A stretch of 52,094 nt of DNA from Minisyncoccota bacterium (GCA_023142995.1 JAGLIM010000028.1:1-52094), one strand, 5' to 3'. Numbered from the stretch's first letter, positions 18,536-28,630 are shown. Notes: generated from the letters alone by a model not told the origin. Program-made: numbers and translations.

Positions 18536-19084
18536 ATGAAATGGATTGGGGTTAGTGGGAGTTGGCGGAAAATGAATCAGGAGATTGATGATAAGGTGCG
18601 GAATGTTGTTCGTGAAATTGTGTTGCGAGGGGATGGAATTGTTTCTGGCGGTGCTTTGGGTGTTGATTCAATTGCGCTAGATGAAGCGTTGAAAATTGAT
18701 TCTGTGGCAGAAAGAATTAAGATCTTTTTACCAACGACACTTGAGGTTTATTCTGCGCATTATCGCAAACACGCTACGTTTGGAACAATCACAAATAAAC
18801 AAGCAGAAGGGCTTATTGATCAACTGACCAGACTTAAAAAAATCAATCCTAAGGCATTAATCGAAAGTTTGGATGTGAATTTCACGGAAGAAACAAAAAA
18901 GCAGATGTATTATAGGCGGAATACGGATGTTGTGAATGCTTTGGACGAACTTGTGGCTTTTCAAGTGAGATCAGAGCAAAGTGAAGGATTAGGGACTGCA
19001 GATGCAGTTGGAAAAGCCAGGGCAAAGGGTATTCCTGTGCAATTGTTTCAATATGATCTGACTGAGGAAGTTTTGAAGAATTAA
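18536..19084 (+). CDS. SLOG-superfamily (DprA/YspA-like Rossmann) protein
   Basis: IGVSGS, VSGGALGVD, YYRRN, LVAF and GT motifs. Confidence 0.7.
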   Translation: MKWIGVSGSWRKMNQEIDDKVRNVVREIVLRGDGIVSGGALGVDSIALDEALKIDSVAERIKIFLPTTLEVYSAHYRKHATFGTITNKQAEGLIDQLTRLKKINPKALIESLDVNFTEETKKQMYYRRNTDVVNALDELVAFQVRSEQSEGLGTADAVGKARAKGIPVQLFQYDLTEEVLKN

Positions 19085-19094
19085 TATGTTTCTG

Positions 19095-19230
19095 TTTTAT
19101 GGAGAACTTTGCGCGGTAGCTTTCTCCACAAGGTCGAAAAATATTATGTAATAAATATAAAAGAACATTTATATAATATTGTTCGACTTTATGGAGAACT
19201 CTATGCGATTGATTTCTCCACAAGGTCGGA
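19095..19230. repeat. Tandem pair of TTTATGGAGAA...TTCTCCACAAGGTCG hairpins with a self-complementary spacer
   Basis: Copies at 19095-19138 and 19182-19230; spacer arms AATATTATGTAA / TTATATAATATT. Confidence 0.7.
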
Positions 19231-19377
19231 AGATATTTGTATCAAAAATATTTGTATAGGCGGCTTGTTTTAAGTGCGTTTTTTTATTTTCCTCCAATTT
19301 ATAATTTTGATTTATAGTGTTGAGGGTGGTAGAATAAAGACAAAGCTTTTAAAATATGTGTAAATATTATCATCAAT

Positions 19378-20094
19378 ATGGCAAAGAGCAAAATAAATAA
19401 TTTAATTCAACTTCAAGAAAAATTAAAAGAATTATCTGATCCAAAACAGGCAAAAATCCTGCAAAGATTTTTTAAGACAGGAAAAGGGGAGTATGGAGAG
19501 GGTGATGTCTTTTTAGGAGTGAAAGTGCCAATTCAAAGGAAAATCGTTTCTGGTTTTAGGGATTTATCACAAAAAGATATAGAGAGATTATTAAATAGCA
19601 ATATCCATGAATATCGGATGACAGCTCTTTTGATTTTAGTTTCTCAATATGAAAAAGCGAATGAGCGTGAAAAAAAAATAATCTTTGATTTTTATCTAAA
19701 GAATAGTAAAAAGATTAATAATTGGGATTTAGTTGATATTTCTGCGTCGAAGATAGTTGGTGATCATTTAATGAAAAAACCTAGAACCGTTCTTTATAAA
19801 TTTGTCAGATCAAGAAATTTATGGCAAAGAAGAATAGCCATTATTTCAACATTTACTTTTATCAGAAACAATGATTTTGATGATACTTTAAGAATTTCAA
19901 AAATGCTTTTATCAGACAAGCACGATCTAATTCATAAAGCAGTTGGTTGGATGTTGAGAGAGGTCGGGAAAAGAGATCAAAAAATTGAAGAAGAATTTTT
20001 GAAAGAACATTACTCCGAAATGCCAAGAGTAATGTTACGGTATGCCATTGAAAAATTTAATGAAAAGAAAAGGAAGTTCTATTTGAAAAAATAG
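19378..20094 (+). CDS. DNA alkylation repair protein (AlkD-like HEAT repeat)
   Basis: FFKTGKGEYGEGD, NNWDLVD, HKAVGWMLREVGK and LRYAIE. Confidence 0.9.
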   Translation: MAKSKINNLIQLQEKLKELSDPKQAKILQRFFKTGKGEYGEGDVFLGVKVPIQRKIVSGFRDLSQKDIERLLNSNIHEYRMTALLILVSQYEKANEREKKIIFDFYLKNSKKINNWDLVDISASKIVGDHLMKKPRTVLYKFVRSRNLWQRRIAIISTFTFIRNNDFDDTLRISKMLLSDKHDLIHKAVGWMLREVGKRDQKIEEEFLKEHYSEMPRVMLRYAIEKFNEKKRKFYLKK

Positions 20095-20100
20095 ATAAGC

Positions 20101-20215
20101 TGTCATCTTGAGCGATGATAAGGAATTGAGAACTTTATTTTAAAATTATACGAGACTTAGAGCGATTTCTCCATTTCACTTGTTCGTTCCTCACTTCGCT
20201 CCAGTCGAAATGACA
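20101..20215. repeat. GTCAT...ATGAC-type palindromic repeat
   Basis: TGTCATCTTGAGCG ... CTTCGCTCCAGTCGAAATGACA, related to the 10458 element. Confidence 0.55.
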
Positions 20216-20245
20216 ATTGATAAGATCAAAGAGCTGAATTTAGAT

Positions 20246-20313
20246 ATTTCAATTTACACTCTAAAGAGTGAACTCCAAAGCTAGTTTTTAGAGTTTAGGT
20301 TTCAAGGTGTAAG
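20246..20313. repeat. Family A copy
   Basis: ATTTCAATTTACACTCTAAAGAGTGAACTCCAAA...GAGTTTAGGTTTCAA. Confidence 0.8.
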
Positions 20314-20363
20314 AGATGGAGTTTCAAAAAGATCTTTTTAGTATAAAAATAAAATTATATATT

Positions 20364-20963
20364 ATGAAAAAACAAGTTATTGTTATTCATGGGGGAGGTG
20401 TTTTTGTAAATTATAAAGAGTATATTGCTTTTTTGAAAAAGCGAGAGATCAGTATTAAAAATAATGGTGATTGGAAAAGATGCTTAGGTGAAAAGTTGGG
20501 AAAGGATTTTGAAGTTATTATCCCTGCAATGCCGAATTATTCCAATGCCAAATATTTGGAATGGAAGATTTGGTTTGAAAAGCTGTTTCCTTATCTCAAA
20601 GACAGTGTTGTTTTGGTTGGTCATTCTTTGGGAGCGATCTTTCTTACAAGATATTTATCAGAAAATAAATTTCCAAAAAGAATCTTGGCAACAGTTCTTG
20701 TTGCAGCTCCATATGATGATAGGAAATCAGCTGCTCGTTCGGCAGGTTTTGTTTTAAAAGAAAACCTGAGTCTGTTACAAAATCAATCAGGAGAGTTGAT
20801 CTTCTATCATAGTCGTGATGATAAGTCAGTTTCTTTTGAATGTTTTAAGAAGTATAATGAACTTTTGCCTGAAGCTAGTTTTAAAGAGTTTAAAGGTAGG
20901 GGACATTTTCAGCGAAATAGTTTTCCAGAAATTATTCGGGAAATAAGAAAAGTTTTTAAATAA
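20364..20963 (+). CDS. Alpha/beta hydrolase (YdeN/RBBP9-like)
   Basis: IHGG, GHSLG nucleophile elbow, HSRDD and GHF; ATG 20364 preferred. Confidence 0.88.
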   Translation: MKKQVIVIHGGGVFVNYKEYIAFLKKREISIKNNGDWKRCLGEKLGKDFEVIIPAMPNYSNAKYLEWKIWFEKLFPYLKDSVVLVGHSLGAIFLTRYLSENKFPKRILATVLVAAPYDDRKSAARSAGFVLKENLSLLQNQSGELIFYHSRDDKSVSFECFKKYNELLPEASFKEFKGRGHFQRNSFPEIIREIRKVFK

Positions 20964-20990
20964 TCTATTACTATTTAGAAAATATAATAT

Positions 20991-21263
20991 ATGTATTATG
21001 TCTATATTTTAAAATGTGCTGATGAGACTTTGTATACTGGTATTACTGTTGATCTGAAAAAGCGGATAGATGAACATAATTCTTCTGATTTGGGCGCAAA
21101 ATACACCAGATACAGAAGACCAGTTCAATTAGTGTATTCAAAAAAGTTTCGTGATCGTTCAACAGCTTCTAAGGAAGAGATTAGAGTTAAGTCTTTGTTG
21201 AGGAAAGAGAAATTGGAGATGATTGGAAAGTGTTTGAAGAAAAAGAAAATTTTGAAGAATTAA
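20991..21263 (+). CDS. GIY-YIG nuclease family protein (UPF0213-like)
   Basis: YYVYIL..LYTGIT...R..EHN..GAKYTR. Confidence 0.92.
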   Translation: MYYVYILKCADETLYTGITVDLKKRIDEHNSSDLGAKYTRYRRPVQLVYSKKFRDRSTASKEEIRVKSLLRKEKLEMIGKCLKKKKILKN

Positions 21264-21305
21264 TGGATTTTTTTATAATTTAATGTTAAAGAATTCAAGT
21301 GTTAT

Positions 21306-21396
21306 GGAGTCATGACGAGAGTCAGGGAGAAATATCATAATACTTTAGAATTTCATTAATCTTATGAAATTTCACCCTTGCTTTTGCAAGGACTCC
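21306..21396. repeat. Imperfect inverted-repeat element (35-bp arms); the right arm recurs at 32679-32714
   Basis: CTTATGAAATTTCACYCTTGCTTTYGCAAGGACTCC at 21361 and 32679. Confidence 0.7.
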
Positions 21397-21437
21397 AGAT
21401 CATGCTTTGAATCACAAAAAACTAATCATAAAAAGTT

Positions 21438-22997
21438 ATGAAGAAAAAAGCTAAAAAAATTGAATTGAATGGGCAGTTTAAGAAGGCGTTGGATCTGATG
21501 GAAAATACTGATCATCATATTTTTGTGACGGGGAAAGCTGGAACTGGGAAGTCAACGCTTTTGAGTTATTTTCGTGAAACTACTGAAAAGAAAATTGTGG
21601 TTTTGGCGCCGACTGGAGTGGCGGCGGTTAATATCAAAGGACAAACCGTTCATTCTTTTTTTGGATTCAAGCCGAATATTACTCTTTCTAAGGTTAAGAA
21701 AGTTTCAGCAATGTATAATAAGATCTATAAAAAGATTGATGCCATTGTGATCGATGAAATTTCAATGGTGCGTGCTGATCTGCTTGATTGTATTGATAAG
21801 TTCCTGCGGCTTAATGGAAAGAAAAAGAATCTTCCTTTTGGAGGAGTGCAGATGATTTTTATTGGTGATCTATATCAACTTCCGCCAATTATCTCTCGAG
21901 ATGAAAAGGAGATCTTTAAGGAGCATTATAAAAGTGGTTATTTCTTTTCTAGTTTTGTGTTTAAAAATTTCAAGATGGATTTTGTGGAACTTGAAAAGAT
22001 ATATCGTCAAAAAGATAAAAAGTTTATTAGCGCGCTTAATAATATCAGGAATAACAGCGTGACGAGTAAAGATCTTTCTGAGATTAACAAGAGGCTTGAT
22101 TTGGATTTTGAACCAGAAGTTGATGATTTTTATGTGTATTTGACCACAACGAATGATCTTTCCCGAAAAATAAATGAAGAGCATTTGAAAAAGGTTAAGG
22201 GCGAGGAATATTATTTTAAGGGAGAAATGAAAGGGAGATTTGATGAAAAACATTTTCCAACCGATATTGATCTGACGATCAAAGAAGGGGCGCAAGTGAT
22301 GCTTCTGAACAATGATTCTCGGGGACGGTGGATCAATGGAAGTATTGGAAAAGTGATCGGAACTGGAGAGGGAGACGAAGAAGAAGATGTTGTTTTTGTA
22401 GAGCTGGAAGATGGAAATGTTGTTGAAGTTGGAACTTATAACTGGACGATCTTTAAATATGTCTATAATGACAAAACCAATGCTTTGGAAACAGAGGAGT
22501 CTGGTTCTTTTATTCAGTATCCTTTAAAATTAGCCTGGTCATTGACGATCCATAAGAGTCAGGGAAAAACATTTGATAAGGCTATTATTGATGTTGGTCG
22601 GGGAACTTTTGCTTTTGGGCAGATGTATGTGGCATTGAGCCGTTGTGTTTCATTAGAAGGGTTGGTGCTCAAGAAGCCTATTGAAAAAAGACATATCTTT
22701 ATTGATTGGAAAGTGGTTGAATTTGTGACAAAATATCAGTATGATATTTCTGAGAAAAATATGCCATTGGAAAAGAAAACTGAAATGATCAAAAAAGCAA
22801 TTAAGAATAATCAGAAATTGAAGATCGTATATCTCAAAGCAAATGATGAAAAATCAAAAAGGATAATTGAGCCAAAATATATTGGAGATATAGAATATGC
22901 TGGGAAAACATTTTTGGGAATGAAAGCAATTTGTCTCACAAGAGGTGAGGGTAGGGTTTTTAAAGTGGATAGGATTTTGGAATTAAAGAAGGTTTAG
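21438..22997 (+). CDS. Pif1-like SF1B helicase with C-terminal WYL domain
   Basis: GKAGTGKS, LAPTGVAA, DEISM, GDLYQLPP, TIHKSQG, YVALSR; C-terminal Y...RIIEP...R.FKVDRI WYL pattern. Confidence 0.9.
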   Translation: MKKKAKKIELNGQFKKALDLMENTDHHIFVTGKAGTGKSTLLSYFRETTEKKIVVLAPTGVAAVNIKGQTVHSFFGFKPNITLSKVKKVSAMYNKIYKKIDAIVIDEISMVRADLLDCIDKFLRLNGKKKNLPFGGVQMIFIGDLYQLPPIISRDEKEIFKEHYKSGYFFSSFVFKNFKMDFVELEKIYRQKDKKFISALNNIRNNSVTSKDLSEINKRLDLDFEPEVDDFYVYLTTTNDLSRKINEEHLKKVKGEEYYFKGEMKGRFDEKHFPTDIDLTIKEGAQVMLLNNDSRGRWINGSIGKVIGTGEGDEEEDVVFVELEDGNVVEVGTYNWTIFKYVYNDKTNALETEESGSFIQYPLKLAWSLTIHKSQGKTFDKAIIDVGRGTFAFGQMYVALSRCVSLEGLVLKKPIEKRHIFIDWKVVEFVTKYQYDISEKNMPLEKKTEMIKKAIKNNQKLKIVYLKANDEKSKRIIEPKYIGDIEYAGKTFLGMKAICLTRGEGRVFKVDRILELKKV

Positions 22998-23076
22998 ACA
23001 TAATAACTTTGAATTACAAAATAGAATTTTATTAGTTTTTCAGAGTTTCTCTGGATACTTTCGTATTTTTACTCTC

Positions 23077-23379
23077 TGTCATTTCCGTTTTCGTAGGAAT
23101 TGTAGATGTTAAGTAATTCACTGACAGAAAAATTGTCATTCTGAATTTATTTCAGAATCTTCGTTTTTTTACATTTAACCAAACCTATAGATCACAAAAC
23201 TTTAAATTAAATTGAAAATACAATAAATGTATTATTATAGCAAAGATAATTGTATTTGCACCGCATACAAAAGTATAGTGTAAATAGTACAAGTCAAAAT
23301 CTAAAATACAAAAGATCCTGAAATAAATTCAGGATGACAGATATTGTTAACGAATTATTTAATATCTATAGGAATGACA
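23077..23379. repeat. Nested three-layer inverted-repeat element
   Basis: Inner TGTCATTCTGAATTTATTTCAGAATCT / AGATCCTGAAATAAATTCAGGATGACA; middle 26-bp arms (23101, 23345); outer TGTCATT / AATGACA. Confidence 0.75.
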
Positions 23380-23446
23380 AAAAATATGTAAGTGTTAATA
23401 TAATCTAAAAGGATTACTCTTATATAAGCAATTAACGTTTTATAAA

Positions 23447-24304
23447 ATGATAGATTCTGAGGAAGAAAAAATAATAAATGCAAATGTTTGTAATTATTAT
23501 CATCTTGTTGATTGTAATACTCATATATTTGGTGAACCTTTTTTGGAGGATAATTATTTATATTATTTTGATGGAAAAGTCATTACAATTATATCTCTTA
23601 GATCAGAAAAGCAAATGGACAAAGACAGTCTGAATGATCTTATTAAAAAAATAATCAAAAAACATTCTCCACAAAATATTATATTTTGGGGTGAAACGCC
23701 TATTACAGAAATAGATGAACAAAAAGGTTATAAATTTTCCAAGAAAGACATTGATCTGTTTCGGAGAGAACTTGTTTTTAAAACAGCTGATTTTATTCCA
23801 TCCAAAAAATATAAATATTATCTTAATAAAGCAGAGAAAGAGAAATTAACGATCAATCCTGTTAAGTCAAATTATTATAAATCTGAATATACAAAGCTTC
23901 TTTCGAAAACGCATAATAATCTCTTAGATGCTAAATCTCTTTCATACTATTCAATATTTCCTAATTTAAAAGGGGTGAGATTTGTTGAGATTCGAAAGGG
24001 TGAAAGAATAGTTTCAATAAACATAATGATTGAAGCTTTTCCTAATTATCTATGTTTTGCGGAAACTGGATATGAAGATTCTTTTAATCGTATCTCAGGA
24101 ATCACAGGATCAATGCTTATTAAATATTATCTTGATAAGGCAAAATATATCAGTTGGGGTGGTTGTGCTAATGAGGGAATTTTTAAGTTTAAAAAAGAAA
24201 TTACAGGAGAAACTCCTCTTAACTTTTATGACAATTATATTTGGTATGAATTTTATAAAGATAAAAAAGCTGATTGGTGGTTTATGAAGATGGCTAAAGA
24301 GTGA
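23447..24304 (+). CDS. Hypothetical protein, C-terminal GNAT/FemAB-like fold
   Basis: YISWGG...GIFKFK pattern, as found at FemAB/Acetyltransf_6 C-termini. Confidence 0.5.
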   Translation: MIDSEEEKIINANVCNYYHLVDCNTHIFGEPFLEDNYLYYFDGKVITIISLRSEKQMDKDSLNDLIKKIIKKHSPQNIIFWGETPITEIDEQKGYKFSKKDIDLFRRELVFKTADFIPSKKYKYYLNKAEKEKLTINPVKSNYYKSEYTKLLSKTHNNLLDAKSLSYYSIFPNLKGVRFVEIRKGERIVSINIMIEAFPNYLCFAETGYEDSFNRISGITGSMLIKYYLDKAKYISWGGCANEGIFKFKKEITGETPLNFYDNYIWYEFYKDKKADWWFMKMAKE

Positions 24305-24334
24305 ACTCCAATTATGTTTTTAAAATTTAATTTA
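24294..24334. repeat. Family A half-copy supplying the TGA stop of the upstream gene
   Basis: CTAAAGAG-TGA-ACTCCAATTATGTTTTTAAAATTTAATTTA. Confidence 0.7.
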
Positions 24335-24348
24335 TTTAGAGGTTTGTT

Positions 24349-25751
24349 ATGAAAAATGGTAATTCAAAAAAATGGAAAAAGATCGTGGCCAGAGAATATG
24401 GAGTTCAGCATACTCAATTATCTCTCAGGTCGTTGAGCCCGGAAAGTAAGTTTATCATTCCAAAGCCATTTTATAAACAGATGTATATTCCAGAGGGTGA
24501 AAATGAAGTTTGTTATATGGGAGAAAAAGAGTTAAATGAGTTTGTTCTTTCTTTAAAAAAAAATATTTGGAAAAACCAGAAGATTATGATAAATTTGAAG
24601 ATCAGTTTATTAAATTTGGCAGTCAATACGTCAAAGTTGCCAAGAATATCTCTAAAGCCAATCTCAGCAAAAAAAATAACAGAGAATTGAGAAAGATATA
24701 TCTTGATTATCAAGAAAAGAATCTCAAGTATGCTCCTTTCATCTGGATCCAGTTTATTATTAATGATTTTTTTGCAAATTATGTTGCAGAAATAATTAGA
24801 TCAAGATCTGTTTATAATAAGGATGTGAGTGAAATCACGGGTATTATTCTTGCTCCTTATAAAAAAGCCTCTCCTGCTAAATTGATCAAAATAGCTAATA
24901 GTTGGAAAAAACTGAGTGCGGTTGAAAAAGAAAAAGTATATAAAAAGTTTCAGTGGCTACCTTGTATGGATATACATAATAAGCCATTGACAAAAGAAGA
25001 GTTTTTTTCTTATATAAAAGACTTTAAGAGTTCTACAAAAAAAGATGTTTTGTCATATGGACAGTTAATGAAAAAGATTAGATTTACAGAAAAAGAAAAG
25101 AATGCTATAAATATCGCCAAAAGACTAGCTTATCTGAAAGATCTGAAGGATGATTTTCGCAGACAGGGGACATTTTATGCGCGATCACTTTTTTCACAAA
25201 TTGCCGAAAGAATCGGAGGGTCAATAGATGATGTTTCATATTTACTCCAAGAAGAAATAGAGGAGTTGTTAAATGGAAATAAAAAACTCTCAAAAGCAAT
25301 GGTTTGTGAAAGAAAAGACGGCTTTGTTATTTATTACAATTCTGCCGATAAGATCAGATGTCAGAGTGGGAATAATATCAAGACGATGATTAAAAAATTT
25401 GATCTGTCAGTTGAAAAAGAATTTGCACAAGAGATAAAAGGAAAACCTGCATTTTGTGGGAAAGCAAAAGGAAAAGTGGCAGTTGTAAAAAGTGTTTCAG
25501 ATCTAGGTAAAGTTAAAAAAGGAGATATTCTAGTTTCAATTACAACTCATCCAGATTATGTTCTTGCTATGCAAAAAGCAAAGGCAATTGTTACTGACGA
25601 AGGTGGAATTACTTGTCATGCTGCGATCGTTTCCAGAGAATTGAAAAAACCTTGTATTGTTGGAACTAAAATTGCAACTAAGGTTCTTAAAGACGGAGAT
25701 TCAATGGAGGTCAATGCGGATAGGGGTGTTGTTAGGATAATTAAAACATAG
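24349..25751 (+). CDS. PEP-utiliser mobile (His-swivel) domain protein split by a -1 frameshift at an A9 run
   Basis: ORFs 24349-24690 and 24567-25751 overlap and join at TTTAAAAAAAAA (24552-24563); C-terminal TDEGGITCHAAIVSRE. Confidence 0.75.
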
Positions 25752-25948
25752 GAATTTAAACTTACGCTCTAAAGAGTGAACTTCAATTATTATTAAATTT
25801 GGAGCTCAGGTTTTAACCTGTAAAAATGTATTCGTAAAACTTAATTTAATGCATAGGAATTTCAATGTCTATAACCTTATAGAGACGAGGCAGTGTCTTG
25901 TTCCTACTTATTCGCGATAGCGTTATGTGTTTATAGAACCTAATTTAA
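25751..25948. repeat. Two tandem Family A frames; the second contains a GTAG-type REP hairpin
   Basis: GGAATTT...CTCTAAAGAGTGAACTTCAA...TTGGAGCTCAGGTTTTAACCTG...TAATTTAA, then GGAATTTCAAT...TAGAGACGAGGCAGTGTCTTGTTCCTAC...ATGTGTTTATAGAACCTAATTTAA. Confidence 0.75.
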
Positions 25949-25968
25949 GCAATTTATAGAAATTTAAA

Positions 25969-27216
25969 ATGAATAAACAGCAACAATATGAATTGATATT
26001 TAAAGTGAGTGAAGAATTCTGGCTACCGTTGTATATTGATCTATGTCTAAAAGCTGGTTATGAAGAAACTAATTTTTTATTTTTATATAAAAATCCTAGA
26101 CTAGAAGTTTATTTATCTCAAAAAGACCAACAAAAACCGTCTTTAACAGGTTTTAATTTGTATAAAAATAAAAAAAAGACCAAAGAGCTTATTGAAAAAG
26201 GTAAAAAAACTTCTGAAAAAATAGATATCTTTTTGAAAAAGAATGATCCTAAAAAATTTAATGATGTTAGTAATGAAGAAATAGAAAAAATATTCAAAGA
26301 AACTTGTTTTCATTATACAAAACTCATAGAAGTTTATAAATATACAGAATCGTTTTATTTTAAAAAAATTAATAAGTTTATTGAGAATTATATTTTTGAT
26401 AATATAAAGAATAAAAAAGAAGCAATAAACGCTTTTTCTGTAATGTTAAATCCTTCTGTAGAGAATGGTATAATAAAAAAAAGAGAACAAATTCTTGATT
26501 CTCTTAACGCTTCAGAAAAGATAATAATTCTTTGCGAATCAATTAGAGTTATAGGAAAAGAAAAACTTTTTTTTAGAAAAACAGTTAACAATCTATCTGA
26601 ATTTTTTCAATTGTTAATGGAAAATATTGCAGAAAGGCTTGATCTATCTTTTAAACAAATAGAATCCTGTTTATATGATGAAATAATTTCTTTGTTCAGA
26701 GGTGAAAAAAGAAAATTTATAATTAATCAATGCAATAAAAGAAGTGAACTGTTTGCGGTAAAAAAAGAAAGAGGCAAATGGGTTTTTATAACTGGTCTGA
26801 AAGCTAAAAAATTAATTAGTTCAGTAGAACTAAAGGTAACGAGAAATATATTAGAATTTAAAGGTGTAATAGCAAGTGTCGGTAATGCCAAAGGGAAAGT
26901 TAGAATTATGCCATTTGGAGTTGGAAGAGAAAATATTATGAAACTTAAAAAAAAGATAAGCAATTTTAAAAAAGGAGATATCTTAGTAGCCAAGTCTGCG
27001 GGACCGGAAATGATTATAGCTTGTAGAAAGGCGGGAGCGATTGTAGCGGAAGAAGGCGGAATAAGTTCTCATGCTGCGATTATTTCAAGAGAATTTAATA
27101 TACCTTGTTTAGTAAATACAAAGATTGCTACTGATATTTTGAAAGATGGTGATCTAATAGAAGTTGAAGCAAATAATAATGGAATAGTAAGAATTATAAA
27201 TAAAGTTAATAAATAA
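25969..27216 (+). CDS. PEP-utiliser mobile domain protein (no ATP-grasp domain recognised)
   Basis: C-terminal KGDILV...EEGGISSHAAIISREFNIPC...LKDGD. Confidence 0.8.
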   Translation: MNKQQQYELIFKVSEEFWLPLYIDLCLKAGYEETNFLFLYKNPRLEVYLSQKDQQKPSLTGFNLYKNKKKTKELIEKGKKTSEKIDIFLKKNDPKKFNDVSNEEIEKIFKETCFHYTKLIEVYKYTESFYFKKINKFIENYIFDNIKNKKEAINAFSVMLNPSVENGIIKKREQILDSLNASEKIIILCESIRVIGKEKLFFRKTVNNLSEFFQLLMENIAERLDLSFKQIESCLYDEIISLFRGEKRKFIINQCNKRSELFAVKKERGKWVFITGLKAKKLISSVELKVTRNILEFKGVIASVGNAKGKVRIMPFGVGRENIMKLKKKISNFKKGDILVAKSAGPEMIIACRKAGAIVAEEGGISSHAAIISREFNIPCLVNTKIATDILKDGDLIEVEANNNGIVRIINKVNK

Positions 27217-27225
27217 ATTAATTAT

Positions 27226-28035
27226 ATGAATGCAGAAACAATAAACTTTGAAGATACAATTGAAAATGGAAGAGAAAACGAACCATTCTCTGCAGATTCC
27301 AGAGTTGATTTTGTAAGGCATGGCAAACCAGAATATACAGAAGAAGAGATTGAAACGGGAAAATATGAAGGGGAACTAAATGATGAATCAAAAGAAAATG
27401 TCAGAAGAAGTGCTGAAAACTTTGCAAGAAATATTAATAAAGAAAAAGAGATAATTGTTTTCCTAACAAGTCCCAGAAACAGAGCAAAAGAAACAGCTGA
27501 AATTTATAAAGATGTTTTTGAAAAAGAAGAAATTTTTATATACGAAGAGATGATAACAAAAGCAACCCTTTTAAGAAATACTGAATTAAATGCAGATTTT
27601 CTTGATAATCAGGAAGAAGCAGTTAATAGTGGTGAAATTAGTTGGGACGACTGGATGGAATTTTGGGTAGATGAATCTGAAAAAGAAAAACTATCTGAAG
27701 GTGTGGAAAGTCCAGATGAAGTAAGAGAAAGGGTTGGAAAGTTTATAGGACTGTTAAAAGATTCAGATATTCTTATCAGACCTCCAAAAAATAAAAAAGT
27801 GCATTATATTTGTATTGGACATGAGGAAATTGTAAGAGATTTGCTGGAAGAAGGATATGACACGGGAATAGCAAAGGGGACTAATCTAGATTATGGAGAA
27901 AAATTAAGAATGGATATTTATAAATCTCAATCTAATAAAAATGCTTCTTTAAAATTGGAATATAAGAGTAACGAGTCAACTCTTGATTTTGATGCTACTG
28001 AGAAAAAATTTGAAAAACATAAAGATAATAATTAA
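27226..28035 (+). CDS. Histidine phosphatase (phosphoglycerate mutase-like) family protein
   Basis: VRHG, SP..RA.ETA and GHE motifs. Confidence 0.8.
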   Translation: MNAETINFEDTIENGRENEPFSADSRVDFVRHGKPEYTEEEIETGKYEGELNDESKENVRRSAENFARNINKEKEIIVFLTSPRNRAKETAEIYKDVFEKEEIFIYEEMITKATLLRNTELNADFLDNQEEAVNSGEISWDDWMEFWVDESEKEKLSEGVESPDEVRERVGKFIGLLKDSDILIRPPKNKKVHYICIGHEEIVRDLLEEGYDTGIAKGTNLDYGEKLRMDIYKSQSNKNASLKLEYKSNESTLDFDATEKKFEKHKDNN

Positions 28036-28039
28036 ATTT

Positions 28040-28615
28040 ATGACAGAAATAAAAGTTTTAATTGAGGGGTATGCGAAAGAGATTAAAAATGGATGGAAAG
28101 CTTCTTCATCTGTTGTTTTGGTAAGGAATAATAAAAAGAATATTTTAATTGACACTGGATGTAACAGAAAAAGACTGATTGTTTCGCTTAAGAAGGAGAA
28201 ACTTAAAGTAGGGGATATAGATCTTGTAATTCTCACTCACAATCATCTTGACCACATTCTGCTTGCTGGAATTTTTGAGAATGCGAAAGTTCTGACAACT
28301 GAAGAATTATACAAAAACGATAAACAAATAAAACATAATAATCTTATACCTGGTACGGATTTAAAAATTATCCAAACTCCGGGGCATTGTAATGAGCATT
28401 GTTCTGTCGTGGTTCCGATCGGAAAAGAAATTTATGTAATTGCGGGAGATGTGTTTTGGTGGACGGAAGGTGAAAAACAATTGATTGATATAAATAAAAT
28501 TGATGATGCACATTCAGAAGAGGTTAATATAAAAAAACTGATTGAATCAAGAAAGAAGATTCTCAAAATTGCTGATTACATAATTCCGGGGCATGGGAAA
28601 ATGTTTAAAGTTTAA
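28040..28615 (+). CDS. MBL-fold metallo-hydrolase
   Basis: IDTG, THNHLDH, TPGH, AGD and PGHG. Confidence 0.92.
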   Translation: MTEIKVLIEGYAKEIKNGWKASSSVVLVRNNKKNILIDTGCNRKRLIVSLKKEKLKVGDIDLVILTHNHLDHILLAGIFENAKVLTTEELYKNDKQIKHNNLIPGTDLKIIQTPGHCNEHCSVVVPIGKEIYVIAGDVFWWTEGEKQLIDINKIDDAHSEEVNIKKLIESRKKILKIADYIIPGHGKMFKV

Positions 28616-28630
28616 AAATAAATAAAATAA

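Noticed and set aside
25741-25870. ATTTAA..CATAGGAATTT junctions as XerCD dif/pdif sites
   Set aside because: Only partial resemblance to the XerD arm; no 11-6-11 arrangement with a XerC arm
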